Source: Lepidodermella squamata (lineage: Eukaryota; Animalia; Gastrotricha). From it: 64,000 bases of DNA. Position 1 is the first letter of the stretch; each line of letters starts with the position of its first letter. Below are positions 47,399 to 60,009 of the stretch, piece by piece. The notes below the pieces were generated by a model that saw only the letters and a list, made by a program, of their open reading frames with translations, ran no database searches and had not been told where the DNA came from. Position numbers and translations under genes: made by a program. The stretch is taken from assembly GCA_047495785.1 (NCBI GenBank), contig JBLDXI010000019.1, positions 124,001 through 188,000 of the forward strand, read 5' to 3'.

Positions 47399-48586
47399 TC
47401 ATTCATTCCTTGGCGCGTTGACGTGGCACGTCGAAGTGGCACGACTTGCTCCCCGGGCCCTCAGCAAGGCTGCAAGTTCGGTTTTCTCACGGCAAACTGC
47501 ATAGTCGAGCGCTGCGTTTCCGTCGTCATTAGTAGCCTGTTTGTTCGCACCTCGATCTAATAATAGACGCGCGACATCGACGTCTCCCCTGTATGCCGCT
47601 GATATCAACGCCGTGTTGCCATCGTTATCCTTGGCCTCGATGTCTGCGTTGCGATCCAGTAGCAGTCTCGCTGTTTCGACTTGTCTATTCACGGTCGCCC
47701 GAATCAACGCCGTCATGCCTACACTATCCTTGGCCTCGGTGGTAGCGTTGCGATCCAGAAGCAGTCTTGTTACTTCGATGTCTCCCCAGTAGGCCGCGTA
47801 CATTAACGCCGTCCAGCCCTCGATACCCTTGGCATCTATGTCTGCGTTGCGATCCAGAAGCAGCTTCCCTGCTTCGACTTGATTATTCCAGGCCGCTCGA
47901 ATCAAGGCCGTCATACCTTCGTTATCCTTGGCCTCGATGTCTGCGTTGTGGTCCAGGAGCACTCTTACTACTTGGACGCGCCCGCTGTAGGCCGCGTGAA
48001 TCAGCGCCGTCCATCCATCTTTATCTCTGGCCTCTATGGTTGCGTTGCGATCCAGAAGCACATTTACTGCTTGGACGCGCCCGCTGTAAGCTGCCTGAAT
48101 CAATGCCGTCCAGCCATTTTCAGCCCTGGCCTCGATGTCTGCTTTGCGATCTAGAAGCAGTCTCATTGCTTCGACGTGCTCATTAGCGGCCGCAAACATC
48201 AACACCGTGTAGCCATTTGAGTCATCCTTTGCATTGACATCGGCACCACGATCTGCAAACAACCGAGCGATTTCTAGCCGCTGATCCGGTTGCCGCGTCG
48301 CGTCAGCGCACGCCATCAAACGGTGAAGCAGATTGCCGTTTTTGTACCACGAAAAACATGTTTCATACTTCTTAGGATCTCGCCAATTCGGGTCGAAGTT
48401 GCCGCCTGTTGCCGTGTCGATCTCAGCCACGATTTGCCGCGCCCGCGTTGCGTTCAGCGTCTCGCCCACCGCAGTCGACAACTGCTCGTACAGCGCCGTA
48501 ACAGCAGGGCTCGATTGATTTCCGCTTGAAACCTGGACACACGAAAACAAAACTACACTTCAAGCAAGGTAACTAGCTAACAGCAT
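47399..48586 (-). CDS. Ankyrin-repeat protein (about 8-9 repeats, no introns in the repeat region); 5' end uncertain
   Basis: 33-aa repeats G(W/M)TALI.AA..G.V...R.LLD.NADIEAKD; upstream ATG 48586 gives MLLASYLA*SVVLFSCVQVSS with an in-frame TGA. Confidence 0.8.
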
Positions 48587-49486
48587 AAACTATTATCGCG
48601 TTCATTCGCACTTTAACATTAAATAAAGATGCCTTCTGCTCCTACGCGAAAATCGCTGGTCGTACATAGTTTTCGGGGATTTTATGGACAGCATAGACTA
48701 GTCATTTTTTCTGATAAGTTCATGAAAATTTACAGGTTAATACGCGGTAATAAGTCCTATTCGTGGGTCAAATATCTTTTTTTTCAACTATCATCTGGCC
48801 GATGGGAGGCTCGAAAAGTGTTATTGGTTTTGCCTTTTTTCGACTGTCAAATCGGGAATCGAAGGAAGATACTTTCAGGGAAGTTACGATAGGACTGTCA
48901 TCTCTCTGCCTGCTAAAAAATAGATGTTTTCAGTTTTCGAACCACCTTGACTCTTCGGCTACTCCTAGGAATCGGCGGTTATTAGCTACTGGACTACGAT
49001 TGGAGATTGGAACCCATATTGGGTTATGTTTACTCTTGGGAACGAACTTGAGTCGTTGGCAACTGAGCGAAATCGGCGAGGTTTTGCGAAGATACTAGTT
49101 GGTGGATATGAGACAGCGTGAAACAGGTGGCCAGGACAGACAAAGGTGAAGAAGAAAAGGTTGTCTTAAAAGTCATGTTAATTTTCAGCTAATCATATTA
49201 GACAAATGCGAGGCGAAAAACTGGAATGGTTGGAATTATAAAATCACTAGACCTGCGCTTCTGTATGACGTCACTGGCTACATCTTTTTATGACAGTTTA
49301 ACATGAAAAAAGCATGAATTCATGTGCACTCCATAAACTATTTACTTAAGCAGGGCCCGGACCAACATCATGATCGATGAACAAAGGGGTGAAATCGTGT
49401 TCATCCTTGTTCATCAAAATATTAGGTGAACAGCGTTGATCAAAGGTCATGTTTACCTTTGTTTACCTCTTTTTTTATGAACAAGG

Positions 49487-49688
49487 ATGAAGAAATTACT
49501 GTCATGTCGCCGATCGAATTCATTCGCAGGCCGGTTAGCTGGTCTAACGTACAGAACAATTGGCCGCGTCCTGTCTTGCCTTGTCATTCTGTCTCTTGTA
49601 ATCCTAGCGATTGTGATCGGAGCTAGCTTATTATGGCTGATCAGTTATGATATAGCTTCACCGGGGCATGAGAGTTAAATAAAAACCA
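49487..49688 (+). pseudogene. Duplicated 3' end of the 45732-46520 gene
   Basis: KLLSCRRSNSFAGRLA...LLWLISYDIA-SPG.ES* and the following aataaaaacca match ~46303-46530 with an internal deletion. Confidence 0.85.
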
Positions 49689-49935
49689 GTACCTATGTTT
49701 GCAATTCACGTGAACAGCTCGTCAAACAATTAATCTAGAACACTGGATTAGTGATTCATGTCGTTAATCCGAATGTGACTTAGATGCACGGGGAAAGTTC
49801 TGAAAAACTAGCCGGATTAATGCGACAGGAGATTCGGATCATTATTTATCCCCAGGGTAGCAATTAACTCTCCTTTTAAATGGCTGTTTTTTCTTTGATT
49901 CAAAGTCAGATTTTTTAAATTATTAGCCAAAATCG

Positions 49936-50424
49936 ATGATTGATCATCTATCTCGATCGAATTACTTCCAAAGGCCAAGGTCTGACAGTTTTCGGCTGTC
50001 CCTACCATCATCAACGCTCAAAAAAGGCCATATTCCATTCTTCCCTAATGACGCTATGATATCACCGATGACCTCGCACCACACGATAGTAACAATATCC
50101 GATAGTCAATTGATAAAACAGGACGTCTACATCGACCGGTATCGATCAGTCGCCATCGCGTTGACAACAATTTCAATTTGCTGTTGTGCTTGCAACTGGC
50201 TTTGCGCTATACCAGCCATGCTGGCCGCTATTATCCCGAAATGGCGATCCGACTCGTGGACGCATAAACGAGCCAGGGCGTGGTACATAGTCGCTATTAC
50301 GCTAGCGAGCCTCGCGATCATTTACACAATTTTCTGGATTTTCGTTGCCGGCCAACGAGCTTATGTGATGTTTTTTACCCTGGGCCACTACACTATGATG
50401 GCTCCGTTCATACCCGAGACGTAA
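49936..50424 (+). CDS. Dispanin/CD225-like protein
   Basis: YRSVAIALTTISICCCACNWLCAIPAMLAAIIP...RARAWYIVAITLASL. Confidence 0.85.
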   Translation: MIDHLSRSNYFQRPRSDSFRLSLPSSTLKKGHIPFFPNDAMISPMTSHHTIVTISDSQLIKQDVYIDRYRSVAIALTTISICCCACNWLCAIPAMLAAIIPKWRSDSWTHKRARAWYIVAITLASLAIIYTIFWIFVAGQRAYVMFFTLGHYTMMAPFIPET

Positions 50425-50512
50425 ATTATAGTAATAAACTGATGATGATCTATGATTGAGTTGACGCCGCACTTCCGCCAGCCTTCGATATAAATACTCA
50501 AGATAAATCGCT

Positions 50513-51049
50513 ATGAAAAATATTTTGTCTAAAATGAAAAAATCGCCGCGGCCCCGTGTTCTACATCTCGCGAGCCGCAGCTGTGACTTGGCGCCGTATT
50601 TGCTGCAGATAAGCGGCCATACCAGCCTGCCGAATTTCAACCCACCACGGCCGGTTTTCGACAGCAGCAGCGATAGCCAATCACCAGCAGGTACTTACGA
50701 CGAAGAATACGGCTTCGAGCCTCCTAAAATTATTGCTAAATCTTCGCCACCATCATCATCATCGCCTGGTGGCTACAGAGTTGCGGCTATCATTATGACA
50801 ACTCTTTCGATTTTTTGTTGCACCTGCTGCGGATGGGTTTGTACCATTCCGGCTTTTATAACAACATCCGTGCCGAAATTGAACGATTCGCCGCGTCGAG
50901 CTAAATGTTGCTACGTAGCGGCGATTGTCCTGTCAATGCTGGCATTTGCGACCGGGTTTTGTTGGATGTATTTCGCTAGCAAAAAAGGCTACTACGCCAT
51001 CGTTCAGTTTACTTATCTAGTCATAACATCTCCATTCAGCTCGGCTTGA
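50513..51049 (+). CDS. Dispanin/CD225-like protein
   Basis: YRVAAIIMTTLSIFCCTCCGWVCTIPAFITTSVP...RAKCCYVAAIVLSML; start codon uncertain. Confidence 0.85.
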   Translation: MKNILSKMKKSPRPRVLHLASRSCDLAPYLLQISGHTSLPNFNPPRPVFDSSSDSQSPAGTYDEEYGFEPPKIIAKSSPPSSSSPGGYRVAAIIMTTLSIFCCTCCGWVCTIPAFITTSVPKLNDSPRRAKCCYVAAIVLSMLAFATGFCWMYFASKKGYYAIVQFTYLVITSPFSSA

Positions 51050-51962
51050 TATTTAACGCTTGTTTCATCTTCGAAGTTGTATTTTAGTTTAGATTTACTC
51101 CAAATTAGGCTCGAATATCATGATTTCATCCGAAATAAAACTTTGCCGTGAACTGAGATAAAATGTGAACCAGGTCGATGATGACAAGACCTTCTACTTT
51201 GTAAGACATTGCCAGTTGCCAGCTGTCTGCCCTTTTCACTGCGGTTGGAATTGGAATACGACAACAGCGTCATTAAAAATCGATGATGTCTTTATGTTTA
51301 ATCCCTACGGCTGAAAGGTATAATTACATCGGTTCATTGATCGGGAGCCAATTGATTACAGGCGTATTATTGAAAATTGGCATTCGGCGCAGCGAATAAG
51401 GGAAAAAATAAATGAAACGATTGAGAGCACAGATTCGAATTCCACGAATACAGACTTGCCATGATGTTTTTTTCTTTTGCCAAGAGCGCCAATAAGCGCC
51501 TATAGCAGACTATATGACTATTATATTCAATATCATGGCAGTTTTTTCTGATTTTTTGCTGTGCGGTTTTCAGTGAGAATAAGGCTTCCATATGGCTCGG
51601 GAATGATAAGGAAAAAGCGAAGAGCATACTCTATACAAGCATCGAAACGGCGGAAACGCATGCCGTAGTTTGGGCATGCAAATCGATAACAAACCGCAGG
51701 GAATAGCATATACTATACATAACATCAATACTGGGCGCATATTAGCTCGCAACTCCACAGGATGCTAGCATTTTCTCTCTTAGCTGTTAAACTTGATAAA
51801 CAAACAACACTAAATTATTGTTTAGATATTATTTATGAATTATTTTAAATTCAGTTTACATGTTATTACAGTCCTTAATGGTTTAGAGGTGATGCAATCC
51901 TGAAGTTTTTTTCCCATATTTTTATCTGATTTTAGTTAATTCGTACAAATTCTTGAGCCTCA

Positions 51963-52400
51963 ATGGCTACGACAACAAAATACGAAAATTGTCCTCAACA
52001 AGCTCCTCCTTATGAACCACCAACTGTTCTGGTTCAGCCTCAGCCAATATCATACGCTGTAGTCCACATCGATAAAGAAAACTATGACAAACGAGAGCCA
52101 CTTCGAATCGTAGCGATTATAATGAGCACCCTATCGGTCATATTTTGCTTCCACGCTTGGCCCTGCACGATACCGGCAATAGTTCTAACTATGGTCCCAA
52201 ACGGCCGTTCTCCAGATTGGCCAATATCGAGAGCTCGGCAACTTTACATTGCTGCCATCGTCTTAGCCTCAATATCAGTCTCGATAGGAGTCCTTTATTT
52301 CATTTTATCAGGAAAAAATGCGCTGTATACAATCAACATTTTCTGGACAATTGCAATGCCAGCGGAACAAAATTTGAATAGCACTGAAACAACCAACTGA
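51963..52400 (+). CDS. Dispanin/CD225-like protein
   Basis: APPYEPP; EPLRIVAIIMSTLSVIFCFHAWPCTIPAIVLTMVPNGRSPDWPISRARQLYIAAIVLASI. Confidence 0.85.
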   Translation: MATTTKYENCPQQAPPYEPPTVLVQPQPISYAVVHIDKENYDKREPLRIVAIIMSTLSVIFCFHAWPCTIPAIVLTMVPNGRSPDWPISRARQLYIAAIVLASISVSIGVLYFILSGKNALYTINIFWTIAMPAEQNLNSTETTN

Positions 52401-52795
52401 AATCCAACCTCTAGTTAGACCCAATAAAGTTGAACTAATTTTGATGATAGTTGCTTAATTTTTGCTGTGAGTTGTATTTTATAAAATTGACCCGAAGTGG
52501 TGGCGCTTATAAGCACAGCCTGCCGCCGACAGGAGGAATGGTACTTTCTGACTGGTTATATCTGCCATACCGGGTTCACCAGGCGTTGTTTCATTTTCAT
52601 GCGCGACAAATTTCGGGATGATGGACGCGTTTTATTGTATTATGATAACTAAAGCTATTATTTGAGTAATTATCTGATCATTTTATTTTTTATTTGTCAT
52701 CTTCTATAAATCAAATTATCAAAGACATTACACATTATGTTCGATCAATGAACGAGAGGTAATTTTTCAAGTTTTTCAAACGACGGAAGCGGAAA

Positions 52796-53882
52796 TCAGA
52801 CGTATGTTTCACAGAAGAAGCCAAATGCGATGAATCCGCATGTATCGTCAAACATTTGCCCGTTATTTTGCAAAGCTGCGCAAGCATTAGCCTTGTTATC
52901 GGGAAAGCTAGATGTCCAAGGAGGAATGCCTGTATACGGCGAGTTGTCTGACCACGTATACGTTGGTGCAGTGGGCACATTCGTTAGGCCAATCAGAGCA
53001 TACGTCAAACTCTGCTGCATCAACAGCGAAACCGCTGTATTGAGTTCCGATTGCGTCTTGATAGTTGCCACCAGTCCGCCGATACCTGTAAGAGAGCAAG
53101 AAATCATTTTCATGTGAATTTGGTGCTTAAATTTGGCTGTGTGTCGCGGCACATTGTGTATGCATAGCCAATGCGCGATACACTTTTCCTGTGTTCACAT
53201 AGCCACATCCTTAAATAATTAACTCATCACCTGTGCACGTTGAAAATGCTGTCCCGTAATCGGCAGCCGTCTTGAACAGTATGAGAACTTTTTGCGCGTT
53301 CTCGCACTCTGACGTGCTGCTGTAGGGCGTCGCTGGGTATGGCTTCTCCTTGAGCTGGCATGCTGTTTCTCGACAGGTAACCACGCCGCCTGCCCCCAGG
53401 CATCGATAAACGGCAAACTAATGTAAGAAAAACCGACAATTAAAATCCAGTCGCCATTTATCCTAAAATTGATCCAACCAAAGAATGTATCACAACATGG
53501 TAAAATTATGAAAAAGATTGAAATCTGAGAAAACAGATCTAACAGATCCGAATCTACAATTTCATCAAAAAGAGAAAGATATTCTTGTAATAGTCTATTT
53601 TACCGGTGTCGTAGTCGCCGTCGTTGTTGTTGACGTGGTCGTTGAAGTGGTCGTTAATTTTCGATGGTAATACCACCACGGCAATGGCGCCTCTTCACTG
53701 CCTTCGGAATAAAAATACAGTTTAGCGTCGTATTTGTTGACATTTGAGTTGGCATTCGTATTGTCGTCGAGCGAAACATGACGCCATCTCCTGTACTTAG
53801 GTTGTCGTCTAGCAGCAGGAATTCCGGCTTCTGCCAGAAAGATTCCGATGAAAAAAGCGCTAAGAAAAGAGCAAAGCTGCAT
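52796..53882 (-). CDS. Secreted C-type lectin with Thr-rich stalk, three exons (paralog A)
   Basis: Signal peptide, poly-Thr, middle exon RCLGAGGVVTC...FSTCT, last exon LVATIKTQSE...LIGL...WSDNSP...C...FDDTC...FFCE. Confidence 0.8.
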
Positions 53883-54714
53883 GGCCTCAATTAAATAGAA
53901 AAATATAGTGACTTTTCTACATTTTCAAGTGCTTCGCGCGTGCCCAAATTATCGCAATTAAATATCAGCAATCGCAGTATAAAGTTGGCATTCCAGCTTT
54001 TCCAAACAGCTTCTTATTTACTACAGCTGAAGAAATGTTTCTGCGGTTAAAGTTGTAATTTCAGCCTGGTACATTGCAATATTTTTTATTTTTCCAAGCC
54101 ATGTTGGAAACCATTGCTCATCAACAAATTACTGAACCGCGATCAAGCTCATTCCGATTAAGGAGTAATCACTTTCCAAGACTCATAGATTGATAACTCA
54201 TGTGAAACGATTTGATTTGGTTAGACTTGATTGTTATATTCATGTAGTTGCCTCTAAATTATTGCTAGAAAAATTGTGCCAGGATAGAGAAGGTAGTCCG
54301 AAATCGCCCAAATTGAGCGAGTATGCAGTCTAGGTTCAGAAGTGAAGCTGCTTTTTCATATTTTCAAGAAATTATAGTAAAATAGTGATTACTCGGATCG
54401 CCATAAATCTTTCACCATAAAGTTCTGCCGGTTCAGGGGCCAAAAAGAGTTCATAAAAGGGGTATGCCGGAGAAATCGAACGCTGGAAAATCGAGAAAAT
54501 CGATATTTTCATGTCGGATGATTTTAGTCACATTTTTGGTTGTCGGATGTAAATCGGTGGTGACATTGGTCGGATGAAAAAAGTCACACCATGCGAACAG
54601 AAACCACGAGAAATTCAAATTTCGCGTCGTTTCTGCATGTTTGTCACTGCAAATTAGGGTAATGTTACCTAAATCTGCATAAAATATTTCCAATTTTTCA
54701 TTTCATAACCACGA

Positions 54715-54873
54715 TGTTCTCCTGGCTCATATTTTCACCCATAAACAGTCAGAAGTCAGAACCCATATTCCAGTAAGCTCACAAAATCTCATGAGCCAAT
54801 TACTCAGCGTTAGGGATTAGGGAGCCATCGTTGCTCAAAGTCAAAAAAGGCAAAAATTAAAATCGCTATAGGG
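54715..54873. repeat. Dispersed repeat, second copy at ~59513-59662
   Basis: gttctcc.ggctcatattttcacc(c)ataaacagtcagaa...gctcaaagtcaaaaaag...gctataggg at both sites. Confidence 0.8.
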
Positions 54874-54993
54874 TGCCATAGAATAATTAAACTATTAATC
54901 AATTAATTATTTATTTAAGATCTAAGATAGTTCAACTCAAAAGCCCGAAGCAAAATATTTTTCAAAATGATAACCGTTAGTCTTTCAGTCCCA

Positions 54994-56257
54994 TTAAGGA
55001 ACGTTCGCGTAGGTTTCACATACGAAAGCGGGTGCGTTAGAACCACATGCAGCGTCGAAGATTTGCCCGGTTGACGCCAGAAAGCCACAATAGTTCGGGT
55101 TGTTATTAGGTTCGCCCGTCATCCACATAGGGAATCCAGCGTACGGCGCGCCATCAAACCATGTGTACGTGTTTGCTGGATTCGTTAGACCAATGACAGC
55201 AAACGGAGTGCTCAGTTGACTGAAAAGCGCGATAACTTGGTCAAGTTCATTCTGTGTCTTGATAGTAGCTACCAATCCATTGAAACCTGGGGCAAAACAT
55301 TGAAATCTTATAGATAGGATTAAAAACTATAAACTGAAAACTGAAAACAGGTATTTGAACTAATTAAATTGTCAAACCCTTGATAGATCACTCAGATTTG
55401 ATCGAAGACGGCATTTTTAATTGGATTCCAGTATTTTTTGGGGATTTTTATCAAAGTCAGATTTTTTGGATTTCTCAGATTTTGTTGGAAAATACTTGAA
55501 TCTGACCTGCGCATGCTGTTACAGCAGTCGTGTGGGTTGCTTCGACATTGAACAATAGAAATCTTTTCTGTGCGTTCTGGCATGCCGCCGTGCTGGTGAA
55601 CGGAGTTGCTGGGTATGGCGTCTCGTTATCCAGACAAGCGTTTGACCGGCATGTGACTACTCCGTCGTCACCCAAGCAACGGAAGACAATGCCCTAACAA
55701 AAACAAAACAAAGTTGGAACGAAAGTTTAAAACTCCAACATGTATGATAATGAATTCTATTCCCCATCCCATATCATAGAAAAAAACAAAAACGAAAATT
55801 ACTTCTTATAAAACAGAACGCCCCGGAAATGAGAAATAGTCTGGGAAAGAAAAAACTTCAAGATTAATTATGATGATCTGAAGATATTTCTGAGGCTGAA
55901 GGAAAATGCTAATCAGGTCGAGAGGAATTGAAAATCGGAAGAAATTCAGTTTACCGGTGCCGTAGTAGTAGTAGTGGTAGTAGTAGTAGTAGTGGTAGTT
56001 GATGGAGCACAAGTCGTTTTCGCGAATTTGTTGTGATGGAAAAACCACCACGGCAATCGCACCTGTTCACTGTCCTCGGTATAGAAATACACTTTAGCCT
56101 CGTTTTTGTTAAGATTCGAGTTGGCATTGGGGTTATCATTAAGTGAAATTTGACGCCATTTTCTGTACTTGGATTGTCGTCTAGCTGCAGGAATGCCAAC
56201 GGCTTCGGATAAAAATACACCGATGGATACGATAAAAATATAGATCAGAAAGTTCAT
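54994..56257 (-). CDS. Secreted C-type lectin with Thr-rich stalk, three exons (paralog B, EPN motif)
   Basis: Same exon layout as paralog A; WMTGEPNNNPNYC...FDAAC...FVCE. Confidence 0.8.
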
Positions 56258-57879
56258 GGTATACAGATTTTTAGGAAAAAATATTTGAAACTTCGAAATT
56301 GTTTGAGCGAGGCACGCGAGGCAATTATCAACAGTCGCGGCATGAAATCGTTGGAGGAATTTTCTCCAACACAAATGTTTGCTAATTACATAAAAATGAC
56401 GTTAAAAAGGCTCTCCCGATGATGGAAATTATTTTCATTTTTCGACGTAACTCGCCCGAAAAAGGAATTGAATTGCGGGAAGTTGCTTTCACAAGTTATT
56501 TCAGTTGCAGCTATTTCAACAGCTTAACGTATATCACATCACCTGTTGATCGCTTGACTCTTTGCATTTGCGTCCCAATAAAGACAAAATGCTGGGAAAT
56601 CTTAGAAGTGCGTTTTTCAACATGCCCACGGTCAGCCCGAACCTAATTACAGTTGTTAACAACAGATGACACAATCGAAATTGTAAATTGAAATTGCTTT
56701 TCAAACCCTTCTTAAATATGAATATCTAGAAATTATGGAAATTGAAGTTATCGGCAGGTTTGGATTCAAAATATTCGTCGGAAATAACCCAAAACTCACT
56801 AAATTTCCCAAAATTCTGCCAAATTCATCGATTTTTAAAATCGATTTACCCGTTGATTTATTGCTAAGTGGAGCAAAGAAAATAAAACTAGACTTTTGGC
56901 GCTGTTTTGCTAAAATAGCTCTTAAGACACGCAGTCAGAAATTAACGAGGGTCACATTGCGCTTTCGTAAATTAATTACAACCATGTCACGTTTTGTCGA
57001 GGCTTAAATCTCGTCGAGTCAGAGGGTGATTTGTGATTATTGATTGAATAGATCACTCCCTGCTGCTGGAAATCCTTTGGCAGTGAAGGATTCAAGGCCG
57101 TGACCACGGATTATTACATTCTTAACTGTCTGAAAGGTTGTTCAGAGTCTTGGTAGCTGGCGAAGCTTCTAACATTCTGAATGTAATTTTTTTGGGTAGG
57201 TAAATGCTGTCTGACATCAAAATCGAAGAGCACATGCTCGATCTCATCCGAGGTCATCAGCCCTTTCAGCCCTGTCGCGCTCGAGTTCCGATCATATTAG
57301 TCAAGAATCTCTGTGACGCGGAGCTGCCCGGAAGGCTCATCACTGCTATAAAACGATGGCTAACGCTGGTAAAAAAACGTATACCAGTCACCCATCCGGG
57401 CATTAATACTGATCAGAGTGCTTGGAAAAATATGCGTATCAATATTAGGCAAAGGGCTGGGCGAAAACGTGTTTTTTTGCTATGCAGTAACAAACAGCTA
57501 TATTATATCATGCCTTATTATTAGGAATCAAGGCCTGGTGGTGAAAAAAGCAGGATTGAGCGTACATTGCAAACGTCTAAACGGCTTGAACACGCCATTG
57601 TGGGCCGTGGAAATCGATAAAGGGCTAAGTATAGGGTGCATATTGATCGCAATCAATTTCTGCGGTTTCTTTCGTATGGCAGTTGGCAATGGATAAACCA
57701 GCAGCAGACGCCATTCAATATTTTTCTTTCCAATTGATAATTATCTTATTTAATAATTGTATATAGATGCTTTAGATAATAGGGCTTAAAGATTGTTGCT
57801 AGTCCATCTTGACGTACTTTTAGTTATTTCACGATTTAATTTTTCTTCAGGTAATCATTACGAAAATAGTTGCAAAAGT

Positions 57880-58290
57880 ATGGAAACATCTGCAGCTGCC
57901 ACAAAATACGAAAAATGTCCTCAACAAGCTCCTCCTTATGAATCAGCTGCCGCACTGACTCAGCCTCAGCCGATTTCATACGGTGTAATCAACATCGGTA
58001 CAACTACTTATGACCAAAAAGAGCCAATCCGAATGATAGCAATTTTCATGAGCGCCCTGTCACTCCTAACTTGCTTCCACGGCTGGCCTTGTACCATGTC
58101 GGCAATATTCCTAACTGTGCTACCGAACGGCCGATCTCGGAACTGGCCTATTACAAGAGCTCGAAAGTTTTACTTAGCAGCAATCGCCTTGGCTACAATA
58201 TCAATATCAATAGGAGCCTTTTTATTCTGGTTCTTATTACCAAATGTGTTCAGTAATATATTTTACATATATTCGCGTCCACTTGCATGA
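57880..58290 (+). CDS. Dispanin/CD225-like protein, close paralog of 51963-52400
   Basis: KYEKCPQQAPPYE...CFHGWPCTMSAIFLTVLPNGRSRNWPITRARKFY. Confidence 0.85.
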   Translation: METSAAATKYEKCPQQAPPYESAAALTQPQPISYGVINIGTTTYDQKEPIRMIAIFMSALSLLTCFHGWPCTMSAIFLTVLPNGRSRNWPITRARKFYLAAIALATISISIGAFLFWFLLPNVFSNIFYIYSRPLA

Positions 58291-58478
58291 AAATTGACAC
58301 TCAGTACCTGCTAAAGGAAGCATTAAAATAGCCCTTATCCGAACACGGGCATACCGTCCGCTTGAGTAATAGTAAAAGCCGAATTTTTTATTTATCTCAC
58401 CATGCATTTGCTTTTACCTTTAGGTCAGTTGCTCATTATTTTGAACGTACTGGATTCGTAATATAAGGACTTCACGCT

Positions 58479-58943
58479 ATGGCAGAGTCTGTGCCGATGT
58501 ATGCAGTTCAGAGCTTTGAACCTTACTCCAAGCAACAATCACTCATGCCCCCTGGTTATCAAGTCACAACCTATCAGCCAGCACCGATCGCAATCGCGAT
58601 GAACAATGAACCTGGCGAGAATGACGACAATGAAAAGCCAGAGCCACTTCGAATCGCGGCCATTGTAATGAGCCTCCTGTCGGTCGTATCTTGCTGCCAC
58701 GGCTGGGCCTGCACGATACCGGCAGTAATCCTAACCATGGTGCCAAATGGCCGATCTCGAGATTGGCCAATATGGAATGCAAACATGTTTTACATTGCAG
58801 CAGTCATCTTGGCTTCAATATCAGTCTCATTAACAATCATTTACCTGATTTTCTCAGGCGAAGATGGGCTGTATTCATTCAACATGTATTGGGCGTATTC
58901 GTATGCAACTGACCGAAAGTCAAGCGGGCGCTTTCCAATGTAA
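58479..58943 (+). CDS. Dispanin/CD225-like protein with PPxY
   Basis: PPGY; EPLRIAAIVMSLLSVVSCCHGWACTIPAVILTMVPNGRSRDWP. Confidence 0.85.
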   Translation: MAESVPMYAVQSFEPYSKQQSLMPPGYQVTTYQPAPIAIAMNNEPGENDDNEKPEPLRIAAIVMSLLSVVSCCHGWACTIPAVILTMVPNGRSRDWPIWNANMFYIAAVILASISVSLTIIYLIFSGEDGLYSFNMYWAYSYATDRKSSGRFPM

Positions 58944-60009
58944 ATTTTCGATGGTAAATAAAGATGAGAATAGCAAAAGCAAAAATGTCCCTAATTTCAC
59001 AAAAAAAATAATTATCTTTTTTTGATGATGGATTAATTTTTCAAACTGGATCAAACTGGAGGAGCAGTCATGATAATATAGTCATATAACTATCTGTCCG
59101 CTCTTCTCACGTTTGTTGGCTGACATTCACTTCGCCGACAGGCGAGTTCCAATGGCAATTACCATGTCAGGCTGGCACTGACTGTGGGTGATCATAGATC
59201 ATATGTAGTTCGATTACGATAGTTTCCATTTAAAACATGAGAAAAAAGAAATGATTAAGTAATCAGAGGTATTATGGAAGAATAACACGCTTATGCTCAA
59301 CATGTCTGAGCTTTAAAAACTAGCAGCGCTCGGCTAGAAAATGGCCGATTGTCTAGGGGACAGCCTATGTTGAAGAGAACAATGGGTAGCGAGTTGGGTT
59401 GACGGCTTGACGGCTTGACACAACGCGCGCAAAATGTTAAGCCCACGCCCACGCCGTTCTCTATGGCGGGCGGAAACACTTTTTTCAAACGCTTGTCATT
59501 TTATGACCAAGAGGTTCTCCGGGCTCATATTTTCACCATAAACAGTCAGAAATCAGAACCCATTCCAGTAAGCTCACAAAATCTCAAGAGCCAATTCCTC
59601 ACTGTTAGGGAGCCATCGTCGCTCAAAGTCAAAAAAGCAAAAAATTAAAAAAAGCTATAGGGTTGAAATCTGCATAAAAGCTTCACTTCTGAACCTAAAC
59701 TACATACTCGCTCAATTTGGGCGGTTTCGGGCCACCGAAACGAAAATCTTCTTGCGCTATTTTTTCAATTAGGTATAGATTCATCCGGATGAATTCATAG
59801 AAATCGCCAGCCAGGCTATTGCGCTGTCAGTTTTTCATGGAATTTCGAAAAAACAAAATGGGTAGTCAATTAGACCCTGCCGGACACGCCTATGAAGTCA
59901 GATAGACCAGGAAAAATACCCAAGATATCGTTTTACTCGATTGGAAAAAAAGAAAAACGTTCGGAATTAAAATATTAAAATTGATCGTATTCCGAGAGAA
60001 GAAGAGATA

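Noticed and set aside
47541-48529. Several plus-strand ORFs
   Set aside because: Antisense shadows of ankyrin repeats.
51367-51758. Two short minus-strand ORFs
   Set aside because: No recognisable motifs or consistent splice structure.
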